NCBI GenBank assembly: GCA_051362555.1
Contig: CM120640.1
Location: 26,522,225 to 26,586,224 of the forward strand
Direction: 5' to 3'
Origin: Lingula anatina
Lineage: Eukaryota > Animalia > Brachiopoda
DNA: 64,000 nt
The position numbers and the translations under genes were made by a program. The notes under the pieces were generated by a model. It was not told the DNA's origin, did not search any database, and worked only from the letters and a program-made list of their open reading frames with translations. Below, piece by piece: positions 44,701 through 59,700 of this stretch; position 1 is the stretch's first letter; every line of letters starts with the position of its first letter.

Positions 44701-47700
44701 TCACAGACTGTTATGCTGTGCCATTGTACAGTCTGTCTGTCTGTCTGTCTGTCCATCTCTCCAACCCTCCCTCTATCCCTTCAGTAGACTGTTTGAGACA
44801 TTGGGAATGACCTGGCAACCAGTATTTTTTCCTGCACCTTACATTTGGTTCTTGTTTTCTGTAACACAAATGTCCAAGTGTGTAGACCTTTGTTTTCTTC
44901 ACAAATTTAAGTCCCTTCAGCAATAATTCTCACACTACAAAAATGTAAATCCATATTTCTTCTGATTTGTTTTGTTCAAAAGAAAATTTAACCATACATT
45001 CTTGTTTTTATGTACAGACACAGATGTGTCTGTACATATTGCCATCACCTGCGTCTGTCGTCGCCGTCGCCGTCGCCGATCATGTCGCCGTCGCCGTGCA
45101 CTTTCAGCGTTAACACCATAAGTGGAAGACAGTTTTACTTTTTGGCTTTATATTTACAGAGCTGATGAATATTCATAAAACACAGGTCAAGTTCGAAAAT
45201 CAGTATGATCGGGCCATTATTGTAGAATTTATGCTGTTTTTTCACTTTTCAGCATATATGCAACACTGTTAACACATTTCAAGGAAAACTGATAGGCCTG
45301 TTGTCATGAAACTCACAGGAGTAATCAATCTTACTAAAACGCAGATCAAGTTCGAAAATCGGCATGATCGGGCCACTATTTTAGTAGTTATGCTGTTTTT
45401 TCACTTTTCAGCATATATGCAACACTGTTAACACATTTCAAGGAAAACCCATAGGCCTGTTGTCATGAAATTCACAGGAGTAATCAATCTTACTAAAACG
45501 CAGGTCAAGTTCGAAAATCGGCATAATCGGACCATTATTTTATAAGTTATGCTGTTTTTTCACATTTCCTCAGATTCAATTCTTAGGCATGTTAACAGTC
45601 TCATTTAATTAATAAGATACGTAAAAGTGTTTGTTTGACATTTTCTGCATCTTTACAACATTGTTAGTTGATTACTTAAAAATGATGGTAAACTTGTAAT
45701 CGTGTATTGTGTAATAAGGTGTCAAAAATGGAAATAAACTCATATCATTGCAGTTTGTAAGATTCAATCATTCACTATGTTCAGAAACTCAGAATGGAGG
45801 AAATTGGACATTTGACACTGTTCTATTGATATTTTTCACATCTCATCAATTTTCTTAGTTGATCATATAAAAATGGCAGTAAACTGTTAATTTTGTTTTA
45901 TGTTAAAAAAGTGTTAAAAATGGAAATAAACCCATTTCAGAATAGTGCTGTCTTGTTTCACATTTCCTCAGATTCAATTTTTAGGCATGTTAACAGTTTC
46001 ATTATTTAATTAATAAGATAAGTAAAAGTGTTTGTTTGACATTTCCTGCATCTTTACAACATTGTTAGTTGATTTTGTAAAAATGATGGTAAACTTGTTA
46101 TCGTGTATTGTGTAATAAAGTTTCAAAAATGGAAATAAACTCATATCACTGCAGTTTGTAAGATTCAATCATTCACTATGTTCAGAAACTCAGAATGGAG
46201 GAAATTGGACATTTGACACCGTTTTATTGATATTTTTCACATCTCATCAGTTTTCTTAGTTGATCATATAAAAATGGCAGTAAACTGTTAATTTTGTTTT
46301 ATGTTAAAAAAGTGTTAAAAATGGAAAAAAAAAACATTTCAGAACAGTGCTGTCTTGTTTACATTTTGGCATTTTCAAGTTGTGACTTTGAAGTTCCATG
46401 GGCCGGAAGACCTTTGCTAGTCAAATTTTCTGAATATCCATAATACTAATGTTTTATTATTAAAAATTGATGGTCATTATGCTGTTAAACGTTATGTAAT
46501 ATTGCATCAAAATTTGGAAAAAAATATTTTGGGCACTGCTCCCATGATGACCATTTAAGAAAAATCATGTCACTTACTGTTCTCAAACTTACAGGAAAGA
46601 AACATGGGACTAAAATACAGCTTCAGTATGCAATGCAGTCTGTTTGGTAATTCTTTCTGCTAGTTAAACAGTTTTTTTTGTGAAAGTTTAATTTTTCACA
46701 TATTGGCATTTTCAAGGTGTGACTTTGAAGTTCCATGGGCTTGAAGACACATGCTAGTCACATTTTCTGAAAATCCATGATACGCATATTTATTATTAAA
46801 AATTGACGGTCATTATGCTGTTAACCACTATGTAATATTGCATCAGAATAGAAGAAAACACAATTTTGGGTGCTGCTGCCATGATGACCATTATGGGAAA
46901 ACCATGTTACTGATGATTGCCAAATGTTCAGAAAAGAAATACAGGACTAAAATGCAGCCTGAGTTGGAAAAACAGTCTAATTGGCTTCTTTTTCTGGAAG
47001 TTATACATTTTCAAAGTGTGAACTTGAACTGCCATGGGCCTGAAGCCTTATGCTTGTTACACATTTTACTTACATTGGTATTACCTGTTGAGCATAATTT
47101 AAATTTGATGTTGAATTTGCAGTTTTACATAATGTACTTTTGCATCAGAATTGACAGTAGCCTATTTTGTGCATAGTTATTTCCTGCTTTTTGTCTGTAC
47201 ATTTGACAGCTTTGCTGCCTTGTTTTCTCTTTAGCCTGTGAGTGTGCCAGCGATGACAAGATCTGTGACTTTGTTACTGGTCAGTGTAAATGTCCACCCA
47301 ATACACAGGGCAGGCAGTGTGACCAGTGTGTGGCCAACCACTGGGGCTGGGATGGCAAAGTAGGGTGCCAGGCTTGTGGTTGTAATGCCACTGGCTCAGT
47401 GAACCTGCAGTGTAACCTGACCACAGGTGTGTGTGCCTGTCAGCCTGGAGTTCATGGTGCCCAGTGCCTGGAGTGCCTGGATGAGTATGCCTTCTTCAGT
47501 CCCACTGGCTGTGTGGCATGTAACTGTAACACTGCTGGCAGCACAAGTACTGTTTGTGACAAGGGGAGTGGACAGTGCCCATGCAAGGTCAGTGCACATG
47601 GAAAGTCAAGGTGTATCTGCTGTGTTTTAATCTAATGCTAAGGAAACTGAACATTGTGATATGTTTAAGAAACATGAAAATTTTTATTGTTCAGAATTGA

Positions 47701-50700
47701 TAACACAAAGAATAAGCACTGATTTCACCAACTGAAACATTTGGTCTTAAACAAATGAATAGAACAGGTTCTTGATTTTAATTTTAAAAAAAACTTTGAT
47801 AGTTTCTATTCCTTTGTATACACTGATAATTACTTTTTTCAGAGTAACACAGTGGGCCAGTACTGTGGCAGTTGTAGGGCAGGAACATACCATCTGTCTA
47901 GTAGTTATGATACTGGCTGCCTGGACTGTATATGTATGGGTATCACTCAGAACTGTGCCAGCTCAGGACTGAGATACACACGGGTGAGAAAAATGATCAG
48001 AGCTCACATGTAGAATCATGTATGGTAACAATGTGTAGCATGTAAGAAAACAGGGAAATTTTACAAAAACTAGATGTCCATGCTCATGAACTATCCCTGC
48101 TGTTTTAGTTTTTTGCATTTTAATAACGTATATCATGATATTTGATTGATTTAATCACAATTTTAAAAACAATTTGGTAAATAGTATATATAATATAATT
48201 TAAGTGTCATATTGCTTGATTTCTTCCATTTTTTCATTCAGCAAACTCTTGCAGTAAACCAGTTTAATGATGGTATTAGCAAGCCATCCTTTGAAGTGAT
48301 GAATGCCACCGCATCCAAACCTATCAATGCCACAAACACACTGCTGAATGGCATCGAAGTCGCCCAGGCAACCATTAGCAACCCACAAGAACCTCTGTAT
48401 TGGAGAAGCATATACACCTTCATCAATGACTTCACCAAGTATTACGGATCCAGTCTAAACATGACTGTGCATTATATCAATGTCCTTGGGTTTGGAGCAC
48501 CACTCAACACCAGTGTGGTGTTGGTCACACCCACTCAGAAGAGACTGTACTATTCAGTGCCCGAAGTTCAAGTCAACACCACCACAACAATATCAGTGAA
48601 ATGGCTGGAGAGTTTCTGGAGGGTTGTGGATACTAATGCTCCAGTGAGTAGAGGGGAGTTCCTCACATGTCTGGCTGATGTGAAGTGGCTGTTGCTTCCG
48701 GCTTCCTGGTCAACAGGGCCCCATGTCACAAGGTGAGTGGTGGATATATGTGTGGAATTTAAACTCAAGAAACCTTGAGGAAAGTTAATTTTAGTTGTGA
48801 TAGTGTTCAAAATGACGAGTGTTACTTAAATAAGATTTATATTTCGACTTCTGAGGATTAAGATTAGTAAGAAAATATTCAATTTACACAGTATTAATAG
48901 ATATTCAAGTGGGTAGCATTGATACACATGTAATTTTTCAATCCATGTTTTCAGTATTGAAGCTGTGCAGTATGAAGAAGCCTCCACCTCAGGCACTGGG
49001 TCTTTAGCACTGTCAGTAGAACAGTGTGTATGTCCTCCTGGATATGATGGACTTTCATGTGAGGTAAGACATTAAGTTCATTAAATATAAATGGTGGTGA
49101 CAATAAAAACCATTCTTAATTTTATAAGTTATATAGTTTAATGCTTAAGAAATGTATGTGCCTGTTTGTGAATAGTTATCATTCATTTTCAATTTATCAT
49201 CGGAAGAAATCATTTGTCATAAAAAAGGTTGATGGTGTCTAAGGTATTTTAGAGTTGAAAACACTTTCTCAGCCAGCAACACAAAGGTATTTGCTAATTT
49301 CTTGTTAATCCATAACAGTGCAGAAGAGTTGCATATTTTGATTAATATGCCCCTGATGTATTTATTCCAGAGATGTGCCACAGGGTACAAGCGTGAGAAC
49401 GTGACCACCCATGGCTACCTGGGTGTGTGTATTCCCTGTGAGTGTAATGGCCATGCTGAGTACTGTGACCCAGACACTGGAGAGTGCAAGGACTGCAGGG
49501 ATAACACCACAGGTACGGAGACTGTATTGGCAGTGAAAGCACTCAGTCAATACCTACTTCAGATGTAATTACCTCAAATTAGTATGTTGCCTTTGTGGAT
49601 GGCATGCTGCCTGTTCCTGATCATGTAAAATCTTTTTATTTATAAGAATACAGATTTTACAGTTAACCTTGCCCAGTGAGCAACCTAATTATTATCTATT
49701 TGTGTAGGGATGAAATGAAAAATAAAGCAGGGTATGTAAAAAAAATACCCATATAATATATAATTACTATAGGAGCTGAAGTCAGATTGAGAGAAAGTCT
49801 CAAAAACCTTACAAATATTTTATTATAAGCTACAGTCTTTTGAAAATACAACACCAGTGGATATGCACATTCTTTTCGTTACAGTGTAACAACCAGGCAG
49901 AATTACTGAATTTTCTGTATTATTCAGGGACAAACTGTGAACTTTGTGCCATTGGTTACTATGGCGATGCTACCCAGGGGACCCCCAATGACTGTAGGCC
50001 CTGTCCCTGCCACAGCCCCAGGGTCATGGACCCCAGCTGTACTGAGGTGAACGGATCAGTGCAGTGTCTTAGCTGTGCTCTAGGTTATACTGGAGATATA
50101 TGTGATAGGTAAGGGAATTAGTCTAACAAGGGAACTTCTGGTCTTGGGATGGGTATACGTCTACTACATTTCTCACTGGAAATAAAGTGAGCATATATTT
50201 CTGTAAGACCTGAAATTTAAGGAAACAACAACAACAACAACAAAAAATGGTTTATTATTGGCCAAATTATTTTTTTACACATTTCTTCCTATTATATTTG
50301 TTCAGTTTGGAGTGTATCAGACTGTATGGTATAATGTTCTCACTTCCAGCTGCTTACCATTCTTCTATGGCAACCCTGAGGTTCAGGGGACTGGGACTTG
50401 CACAGAGTGTAACTGTAATGGGAACTCCCTGGACTGTGACACCAGGACTGGGGTATGCTCAGGGTGCAGCTCCAACACCACTGGCTTACACTGTGAGAGG
50501 TGTATAGAGGGGATGTTTGGAGATGCCTCACAGCAGAATTGTAGAGGTAAAATTCAGTGCTGTTTATTTCTGTTAAAGTAAAACATGGAGATGTAAAAAA
50601 AGCAATAATGTTGGAATCAAATTTCTTCAGTTCATCTAGACTACAGGTTCAACATATAAAGTGTATTGACTCTAGGCATAACAAGCAAAGGATATTATTT

Positions 50701-53700
50701 TGATATTTTAGTCCAAGAGATTCTATATTCTTATTCTTATCTCCAGGTTGTGACTGTGTAATGACTGGCTCCACTAGTGCCATATGTAACCACACCACAG
50801 GTCAGTGTGACTGCAGACCAGGAGTGGGGACCAGAGACTGTGGGAGCTGCCTGGAAAACTACTGGGGATATAATATCAGACCATTCAACAGTATGTATCA
50901 CTGATATTGGTTGCTTGTTTCATTGCTTTGTTGTATGTTCAACTCACCATGTATCAGAGGCAGTGATGCACAACATGTCCCTGTCTTTCATGTATATTAA
51001 AGTATGGGATAAGATAGTTGCATTTGTCCCTGAAAATTTTACTTGTGGATAAGGGTATATCATGATTATCACAATGTATTTTTAATAAAGAATTAATAGC
51101 ATAAAAAAAGAGACATCTAATATGATGATAATATTTTAGGTTGCATACCATGTGACTGTAATGTGGCTGGCAGTACTACATTACAGTGTGCTGGGGACAC
51201 AGGTGTGTGTTCATGTAAGTCTCATACAGCTGGGGACAAGTGTGACCAGTGTGCACCTGGACTATGGGGACTGCCATATAGACCATGTGAAGGTAAGATA
51301 TGTTAATGACACTGGGGTGTGGTAACCTAAGAGTAAGGACTGGAGGAAAGGTGAGGGCTGAACACCTGGATTTTGGTGACTGTCAGCCATATAAACTGTG
51401 TAAAGGTATGAACACAGTATGATACGTATATGAAAAACATTCAGATTATGGTAATGGGCTGCATAGTGAGAGCATATTTTTACAAGGAAAGAGATGTCAG
51501 GAATTGCTTGTTAACACTTACATGTATTTTTCATTTTGAATAGAAAACTTTTTATTCTGAAGTCGTTTCTCCTGTTCTACTTCCAGCGTGTGCCTGTAAC
51601 ACCACTGGTAGTGTGAATGCATCAGCCCCCTGTGACACCGTATATGGTCAATGTGAGTGTAAGCCTGGGGTGACAGGCAGGCAGTGTGACCAGTGTGAGA
51701 AATTTTTCATTGGATTTGGTCCTGCTGGATGCACTAGTAAGTATACAGCGTACAATGTCTTCTAGACAATGCCTCGATCTTTTCAATGGGGCAAATTTGT
51801 GGATTTTTGCAATAATATATTTTAAAGTCATAATTACTTATAATTAGAACAAAATTTAAAAAACAGGCTACATTTAGTTCTATTCTATGTAGTAAAAGCA
51901 CCACAAATGCTATAAAGAAATACAATTTCTATGATTCTGAAATTATGTATCTGGAAAAGAGCAAATTATTACTGTTACAGCATACTTGTGTCCCATGGCT
52001 GATATCTATATCCAACACACAGTAAAAAGCGTGATGAAGTAGTAGTTGTCTGCTTTTAAAGCCTATGGCTCATTAAGTACATGTATGTAGTCCATGCTTA
52101 GTTACAATGATATGTGTGTTAATGTAATTATAATATATATCCTTTTTCCATTACAGGATGTCTTGATTGCCAGTATTCACTGGGTACAGATACACTTGTC
52201 TTGCAAGACACCTGGCAAACTTACTGGAATGTCAGCAGTACTGTAGGGGGCCTTGTGGCACAAGATGCACAGCTCCAGCAGCTCACTCAGACACTGACGG
52301 GGACTCTGGACAGTATTGGATTCTCAGAAAGCACTCTCTTCTCCCTGGAGGCTACATTGAGGAACATTACAAATAAGGAAGCTGGCTATAATCAGAGTGT
52401 TATCAGTCTGCAGTCAAGGGTGAGGAAATTAATCTATATATTTATTTCTTCTTACTTTGCCAACATTGTTGCTTTAAATGAAATGCATCTAAACTTATTT
52501 TCTCATGTTGACATTAATTTAGGTTCAAATGGCTGTTGATGCTGCTAATTCGTTAAGAAATGAAGCAAGAGCAGAGCTGAACAGGCTGCAAGACATCAAG
52601 AATGATGTCAGGAGTGCACTGCAGAGTGCTCTAGAAATTGAAGCTGTATCTGTTGGTACAATAAGTCAACTGACCAACTACAGTGTGCAAGTAGAACAGG
52701 TACAGTGTTTAATGTATATATATTTTCATAGCCCATATATAAATTATGTATTATAGAGGTAGAAGATTAAAAGAATGTCTTGGTTATTTGCACATAATCT
52801 CATTTTAAAAGTAAGCAAGTAAGAAGTTTTTGCAATTGGTTTCAATAACGAGTTGCAAACAATGTCATTAAACGAATACTTACATTCTATTATTCAGCTC
52901 CTTGCCAAAAGCAGAGAAGTAAGCAGGTATCTGAACCAGAACTTCTCAGCAGAATTGTCCAGAACAGCAGCAGAATTGGCTGCTGGCATTGCAACAGCTA
53001 CAGATGCACAGGCCACCAGTGAGCTGATTCAACAACAGGTAAGAATGAAGTAATTTTTGTCATGATTATGATAATATTTTCATGGGGATGTAAATATAAC
53101 TAAACTATATTTTGAATATCATCTTATCATTTTACAACTTAATTTTGACATTGCTAAAGTTTTGCATCTCTATTTTCATCAGAGTGCTGTGTGTGCTAAC
53201 TTAGAAGGTGCAGCTCTAAATGCTCAGTCTGCCCTGAGCCAAGTTGAGGCCAACATACAGGCCATAACCACTGCAGCAAGTAATGTAATGTCTGCCAGGG
53301 ATAGAGTGATGGACATACTCAACCAAACTGAGGTACACATTTGATGGATAGCTTTCTTATACACTAATATTCAGTGAGCTTGTGGGAAGGATATAATTTT
53401 TTTTTTTAATTTTTAATGCGCTTGCAAAATGTTCTTTTGATATTAAAAAGATGGCTTCAAATTCAGTTGTTTAGGATTAACATTCATAATATGTATATGT
53501 GGATTTAAAATGTATTGGATACAAGGACTTTACCCTGTTAAAGGGATAATAACTCTTCGTATGAGATCTATATTTCACAATAAAAACATTGTGAATAAAT
53601 CATAGAAATATAATATATTCTGTTTTACCACAAAAATGGCAGTTATAACTATTATTCTGATATCTGAGCTTGTCTTTAGACCACGTGACCTCCATTGATG

Positions 53701-56700
53701 GCTATACTCTGTTAAAATCTCTTAAGAGATTTTAACAAAAAAACAAACTTTTTAGAAAAAAACCAGGGACTAACTTTGAATGTAAAAATGGATTCATTAA
53801 CCATTGGTAAGTATAGGAAAATTGTTGTTTACTCCAGGAAAATTAATTTTTTGGCCGAAACGAAGAGTTATTATCCCTTTAAGATTTTTGTCTTATATAA
53901 AATAATTGGTTCAAAACATTTTACTTTTAGTATCAAAAAAGCTATGCATTGACCCTGTTTAGTGAGGCAGAAGCCATACTAAACTTGACAGCAGTTACTT
54001 TGAATGCCAGCAGAGACTCTTTCCTTGAAGGCCAACAGGCATTTGCTGAGGCATCAGCAATTGTTGCAGATGGGATTCCTAAAGACAGTATGTACTGCCC
54101 ACTATATTAATGCTAATTTGAAGTTACACTGCTTGCCATTATATGTAGTTTGAAGCATGTGCTAGGAAAAGAGAAGAGTTTTTTTTATTTTATCAAGTAC
54201 ACATCTTCACAGCATAAATTTGAATGTGATTTGCCTCATTGAAGTGTAATGCAAAATGCTTTTTTAGCACTGCACAAAGCAGTTTTAATTGATTTTGATA
54301 CCAAAAAATGTGAATGTATCTCAAAATATAGATTTGTGATTGTATAGAGACCTGAACCACAGAACCCCATCAAGATGAAGCCTTGAAGTACAGATTTGAG
54401 CAAATCACAGTCATTTATTTGGACTCCTCTAAATGTGGTGGAACTTGGGCAAAATTGTGGTTCACTGTATTGTGGACTGGGCTAATAATTTTTTGACAAC
54501 TTCTTGGTCTTGATGGGTTCTTGGGTTTAGTGGGAGTGATAGCATGCTAGAATGAGGTTTATGCTGCATGTTGCCTGACACCTTTGTAGCCACAATTGCT
54601 TTTTACCCTTTTCTTCTTGCCTTGGAGACAACAGTTTGACAGAATGCTTTAGTGCTCCTTAAACCAAATGGATGCATTCCAACCTTGAACTGGTTCTCTT
54701 TCTTTACAGTTCTGATATCCAGCTACATTTCCTGTTTTTTTTTATTATTATATCCCTAACTCATCATGATAATTGTTTTTATTTCTAACTTCTTCTTGAA
54801 CCTAAAGCATTATGCAGTCATGGTCACTGTGAAACTCAGTGACAATAACACACCAACTCCTGGATGTCTGCCTCTTGCTCTCTGTATATATATTCTGTAC
54901 CTGGAAGAATTATCCTCTCAATATCCTTCACATGAGTGAATTATCTTTCCCCCTCCATTCCCCCCTTGATGAGTGACATGAAAGTGGGTTTGGTTCTGCT
55001 AACAGGTGCATGCAGGTTAAAAGGTTTATATGTGATCCATGTAAAAATTTCAGACCAAATCCCACTGGATGCTGCAGGTCACCAGTACATGATAATGTTT
55101 ATGGAGAACAGAGTAGAGAATGGGCCCAAGTACAGATACCTGGAGCTGTTCATCACTCCAGCAGGTATAGAAACAAACAACGTGACAGTCCAAATAAATC
55201 AGGTGTACAATAGTGCTATACCAAACATGACCTTTGTGGTCAGTGCAGGAGAGGTGAAGAAGGTGAACATATCTGTTGAGCTCAGGATGCAAGGGTCAGT
55301 AATGACCAGGCAGGGTCTGGAGATTTTGGCCACTGATAGAATAGTTGTCTATGCCTTGAACAAGGATGAGTTCTCCACTGATGGGTTCCTGTCTCTTCCC
55401 AGAGAATCTCTGGGGACAGACTACTACACAGTCTCGTATTACCCTCCTAATTATAAAACACAGGTGGGTGTGGCAGCTATGGAGGATAACACTGAAGTGA
55501 TCATCACTTTGCCACAGCAGACCTTCACAAGCAGTCGCGTGTTTGTGCTGTACAGGGACAATATTTTCAGGAATGGTAACTCATTCACGGTGATGATGAA
55601 CAGGTTTGATACTCTCCAGTTACAAGACGAGGTGGCTGCTGATTTGACAGGCACACGCATCCAATCCAGCAAACTAGTGGCAGTGTTTAGTGGGAATGTA
55701 CGAACTAATGTGGGACAAGGCACCCGTTCTAGGGACCACTTGGCAGAGCAGATTCCACCAATCAGCTCATGGGGGAGGAACTTTGCAGTGGTGCCAATTC
55801 CAAATCGTACCACTGGAGATGTGGTCAAGATAGTTGCCAGCCAGCCAAATACAGAACTGATTGTTGCTAATGCTACAGAAGAAATGGTCTATACACTCAC
55901 CCAGGCAGGGAGTAGTAGAACACTCCTGCTACCGTCATCTACTTACTGTTTCATTGCAGCAACAAAACCCATCCTTGTAGCTCAAATTGTTTACAGTCAG
56001 TTGACAGAGGAGAGCATTGAAAAGGCTGACCCGTCAATGATCCTCATCCCGTCCATCGAGCACTACAGCTCCAACTACCATTTTGCCCTGCCAAAGCCCT
56101 CAGTGGGCAACTACACCCACTACTTTCTGATAGCCATTGAGGACAGTGCCAAGAATGGGGTCATTCTTGATGGTCAGCCATTGCCCAGTGCTGCCCTGTG
56201 GCACCCTATCCCCTTCACCACCTTAGTGGGTGGGTATTTTGTGGTCAGTGGAGACCAGGCACACACCATTACTCACACTGACCGCTCAGTGACCTTCATG
56301 GGGGTTATGTATGGAGCAGGAGACAGGGAGAGCTATGGACTGCCTATTGGGATGAGGGTACGAAACCAGGTAGGTCGACTGATTTTTATGGTTAAATTTC
56401 AGAAAAATTTAGATTTTAGAAGTTTAAGAGATTAACATTTCCATTTCATTGCTTATGTTATAAGTAAGTCACAAATATCCTGTCTTTACATTTTTGTATA
56501 GGTGTATATGTTTATGTTGATTATCTTTTTTCTTCTTTTTCATCTCTCCTCAGTATGAAGTTACAGGTATGTCTTTTTCAGTACTGTTTCATTCTCGTGA
56601 AAAACAATAGCAAGCAATCATAATTTGATGCTTTCTTATCTTGGAGTTAAGCCAATGTGTATATTCTTAGGGATAAAGTGGTGTGTTAACATTTTCAGAT

Positions 56701-59700
56701 ATAGATGCCTTATCCTTTTTCGATATAACTATATATTGCATGTTCTTACAAAAAGTGGTTGTCATTTAAGTTTCTATATGTATATATTTCAGCACTTCAA
56801 ACAACATTGGAATCATCAGGCAAAAAGTTTGTGGTAATGTACATGGAGAATAGGATCGAAATCCCTACTCAACCTTTTGTGGAGCTGTTTGTAACCCCAG
56901 CAGAGAATGTGTTCAGTGTACTGGTCAACATCAACCAAGTGTATGACCAAGCATATGGCAACCGGACATTGGTCATTCAGGGAGGACAAGTCAGAAAGGT
57001 GGACATTCCAGTCAGTTTTAGAGTAGTGGGGAATTCTCTTACTAGGCAGACCCTAGAGATCACCAGCTCAGAAGCTGTGGTGGTGTATGGAGTCAACAAG
57101 GATGAGTATTCCAGTGATGCCTTCCTGGCTTATCCTACTACTTCACTGGGGAAGGAGTATTATGTAGTGTCCTATGCACCTCCCACGATTAGCACAGAGT
57201 TGGGGATAGCTGGGGTGCATGGTAATACCAGAGTGAGTGTCACTTTCAGTCCTAATGTTCAGGTGTCATATGGTAGTGTCACATACGGTGGTGGTGACAC
57301 TCTGACAGTGACTTTGAACCAGTTCTCATCTCTACAGCTACAGAGCCAGTTTGGGGATTTGACTGGGACACGTATAGTATCAGACAAACCAGTGGCAGTT
57401 TTCAGTGGCAATGTCCGCACCAGTGTCCAAGGCAACTCAAGAGATCATCTTGTCGAGCAGTTGACTGCTGTTCAGTATTGGGGCACCGAGTTTGCTACTG
57501 TACCCGTACCACAGAGGACTGTAGGGGACATCTTCAGGGTTGTGGCAAGTGCAGACAACACGATTATTAATGTTCGAAATTCCACCAGTGTTGTGACATC
57601 TTATATCAACACTGCAGGGGGATTTGTACAACTACCTCTGGATTCAGCAACGTATTACTACATCACATCCAACTTCCCCGTGCAAGTTGTGCAGATAGTG
57701 AAAAGTCAATTAAATGGTGAGCTGGCAGATCCCTCCATGTTCCTGCTGCCCCCTATAGCCAGATACAGCACAGGGTACCACTTCTCCCTCCCAGCACAGG
57801 CAGCCACTGGGAGCTACACCCACTACTTCATGCTGGTTATAGAGAACAAGGACAAACATGGCTTGCTGCTGGATGGACAGCCCCTGAACACAGTCCAATC
57901 CCTGACTTGGAACACTATTCCAGGGACATCACTGGTGGGGACGTACTTTGAGCTCTCTGGGGACCAGTCTCACTTCATGACCCACTCTGACCCTAGTGTC
58001 ACCTTCATGGGACTCCTGTATGGTGCTGGGGATAAGGAAAGCTATGGTCTACCTATAGGACTGAGATTTGCAGATAATTTGGTGAGTGCACTTATTAGTC
58101 TTATAACGATGAAATTGATTTGTAATATTAGTGTATGCTAATTTACCATTAAATAATATCTTTTGAAATAAGAGAATGAGAATCATTTTATTATTTTTTA
58201 AATTGATTTTTTTTCTTCTTATCATTTCAGGAGGGAATACAAGGTAAAGAAACCTTTAAATAACATATATTTTTTGTGGCTTAATCTTCAAGATATTAAA
58301 ATACCAAATTCAAATGTTTTTTTTTACTTATTAATGTTTTGTGTGGAGATTGCATTTGACTAGCTTCAGAATGATTTTACGACTGAAACCTGAAGTGAAA
58401 TGAGATTAAACTAACACACTGTTTTACATTGCACGCCTTTTTGTGAGTAACACAAGCTTTTTTGTAACTATTATAGCTGCACCACCAACAATAGATGCAG
58501 GTAGAGAATACATGGTCGCTTTCATGGAAAATAGAATCGAAAATCCTAAATATCAGTACCTGGAGCTTTTCCTCACTGCAGCAGGGGACGCTGTGGCTGA
58601 TATATCCGTCAGCATATCACAAGTTCATGACAGAAATCTTGGTAATAGTTCTGTGGTTTTAAGACCAGGAGAGGTGACACGGGTAAATATTTCTGTACAG
58701 TTGAGAATGGAGGGCACCACTCTATCAAGGCAGGGAATAGAAGTGAAAGCCTCTGGGAACATCATCCTGTATGGTCTGAACAAGGATGAGTATTCCACTG
58801 ATGCATTTTTGGCCTTACCACAGAATGGCATTGGCACAGATTATTACACTGTCTCTTACTCACCGGCCACCACCAAGACCGAGTTTGTCATTGTGGGTAC
58901 CAGAGATGACACTGTGGTCACAGTGACCCTCCCAAATAGAAACAATGTAGCAGTCCAGTGGGCAGGTCAAATATATTCCAGAGGAGAGTCATTCAAGTTG
59001 ACATTGAACAGGTTTGATACAGTCCAGATCCAGAGTCCAGACTCTAACTCAGACCTCACTGGCACTCACGTCCAGTCTGATAGACCAGTGACAGTCCTAA
59101 GTGGAAATGTTAGGACTCAGGTCGGCCAAGGAGTGTCCCGAGACCACCTGGTGGAGCAGATCCCTCCTGTGTCTTCATGGGGGAGAAACTTTGCCACAGT
59201 GCCTATCCCAAACAGAAGCACGGGGGATATTTTTAGAGTTGTTGCAAGCCAGGATAACACTATTGTCACCATAAGGAACACAGATGGGGACCAAGTCAAG
59301 ATTTTAGATTCAGCAGGAGGATACACAGAGTTCACTATATCATCTACTGCTTACTCCTATATTACGTCTAACCATCCCATATTGCTTGTCCAGATTGTAA
59401 AAAGTCAGGTGTCATCATCAACATCTGAGGTGGCTGACCCAGCTATGATGGTGGTCCCACCTTTTGAGCATTACAGCAACAATTACCACTTCTTATTGCC
59501 TTCTGGTGTGGCTGATACTTATGTCCACTATTTTCTGTTGGTCATTGAGTCTGACCTGAGAAATGACCTAAGACTGGACGGCACATTCATGACTGGGTTG
59601 CCATGGCAGAGTATACCTGGGACAAATAAAGTAGGCACTTTCTTTGAGGTTACTGGGAGCCAAGCCCATGTATTAAATCATGTGAACCCCAATGTAACAT

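Noticed and set aside
54352-54530. Imperfect inverted repeat (AGAACCCCATCAAGA / TCTTGATGGGTTCT) just upstream of the cassette block, as a splicing-control structure
   Set aside because: Short, degenerate and ~500 nt from the acceptor; most simply an old MITE remnant.
54969-55053. [13 protein letters not shown] as an alternative start/signal peptide for a laminin-independent IgGFc protein
   Set aside because: The hydrophobic stretch is too short, and the implied intron (55006-55053) is only 48 nt with a weak donor. More likely chance read-through of intron sequence.
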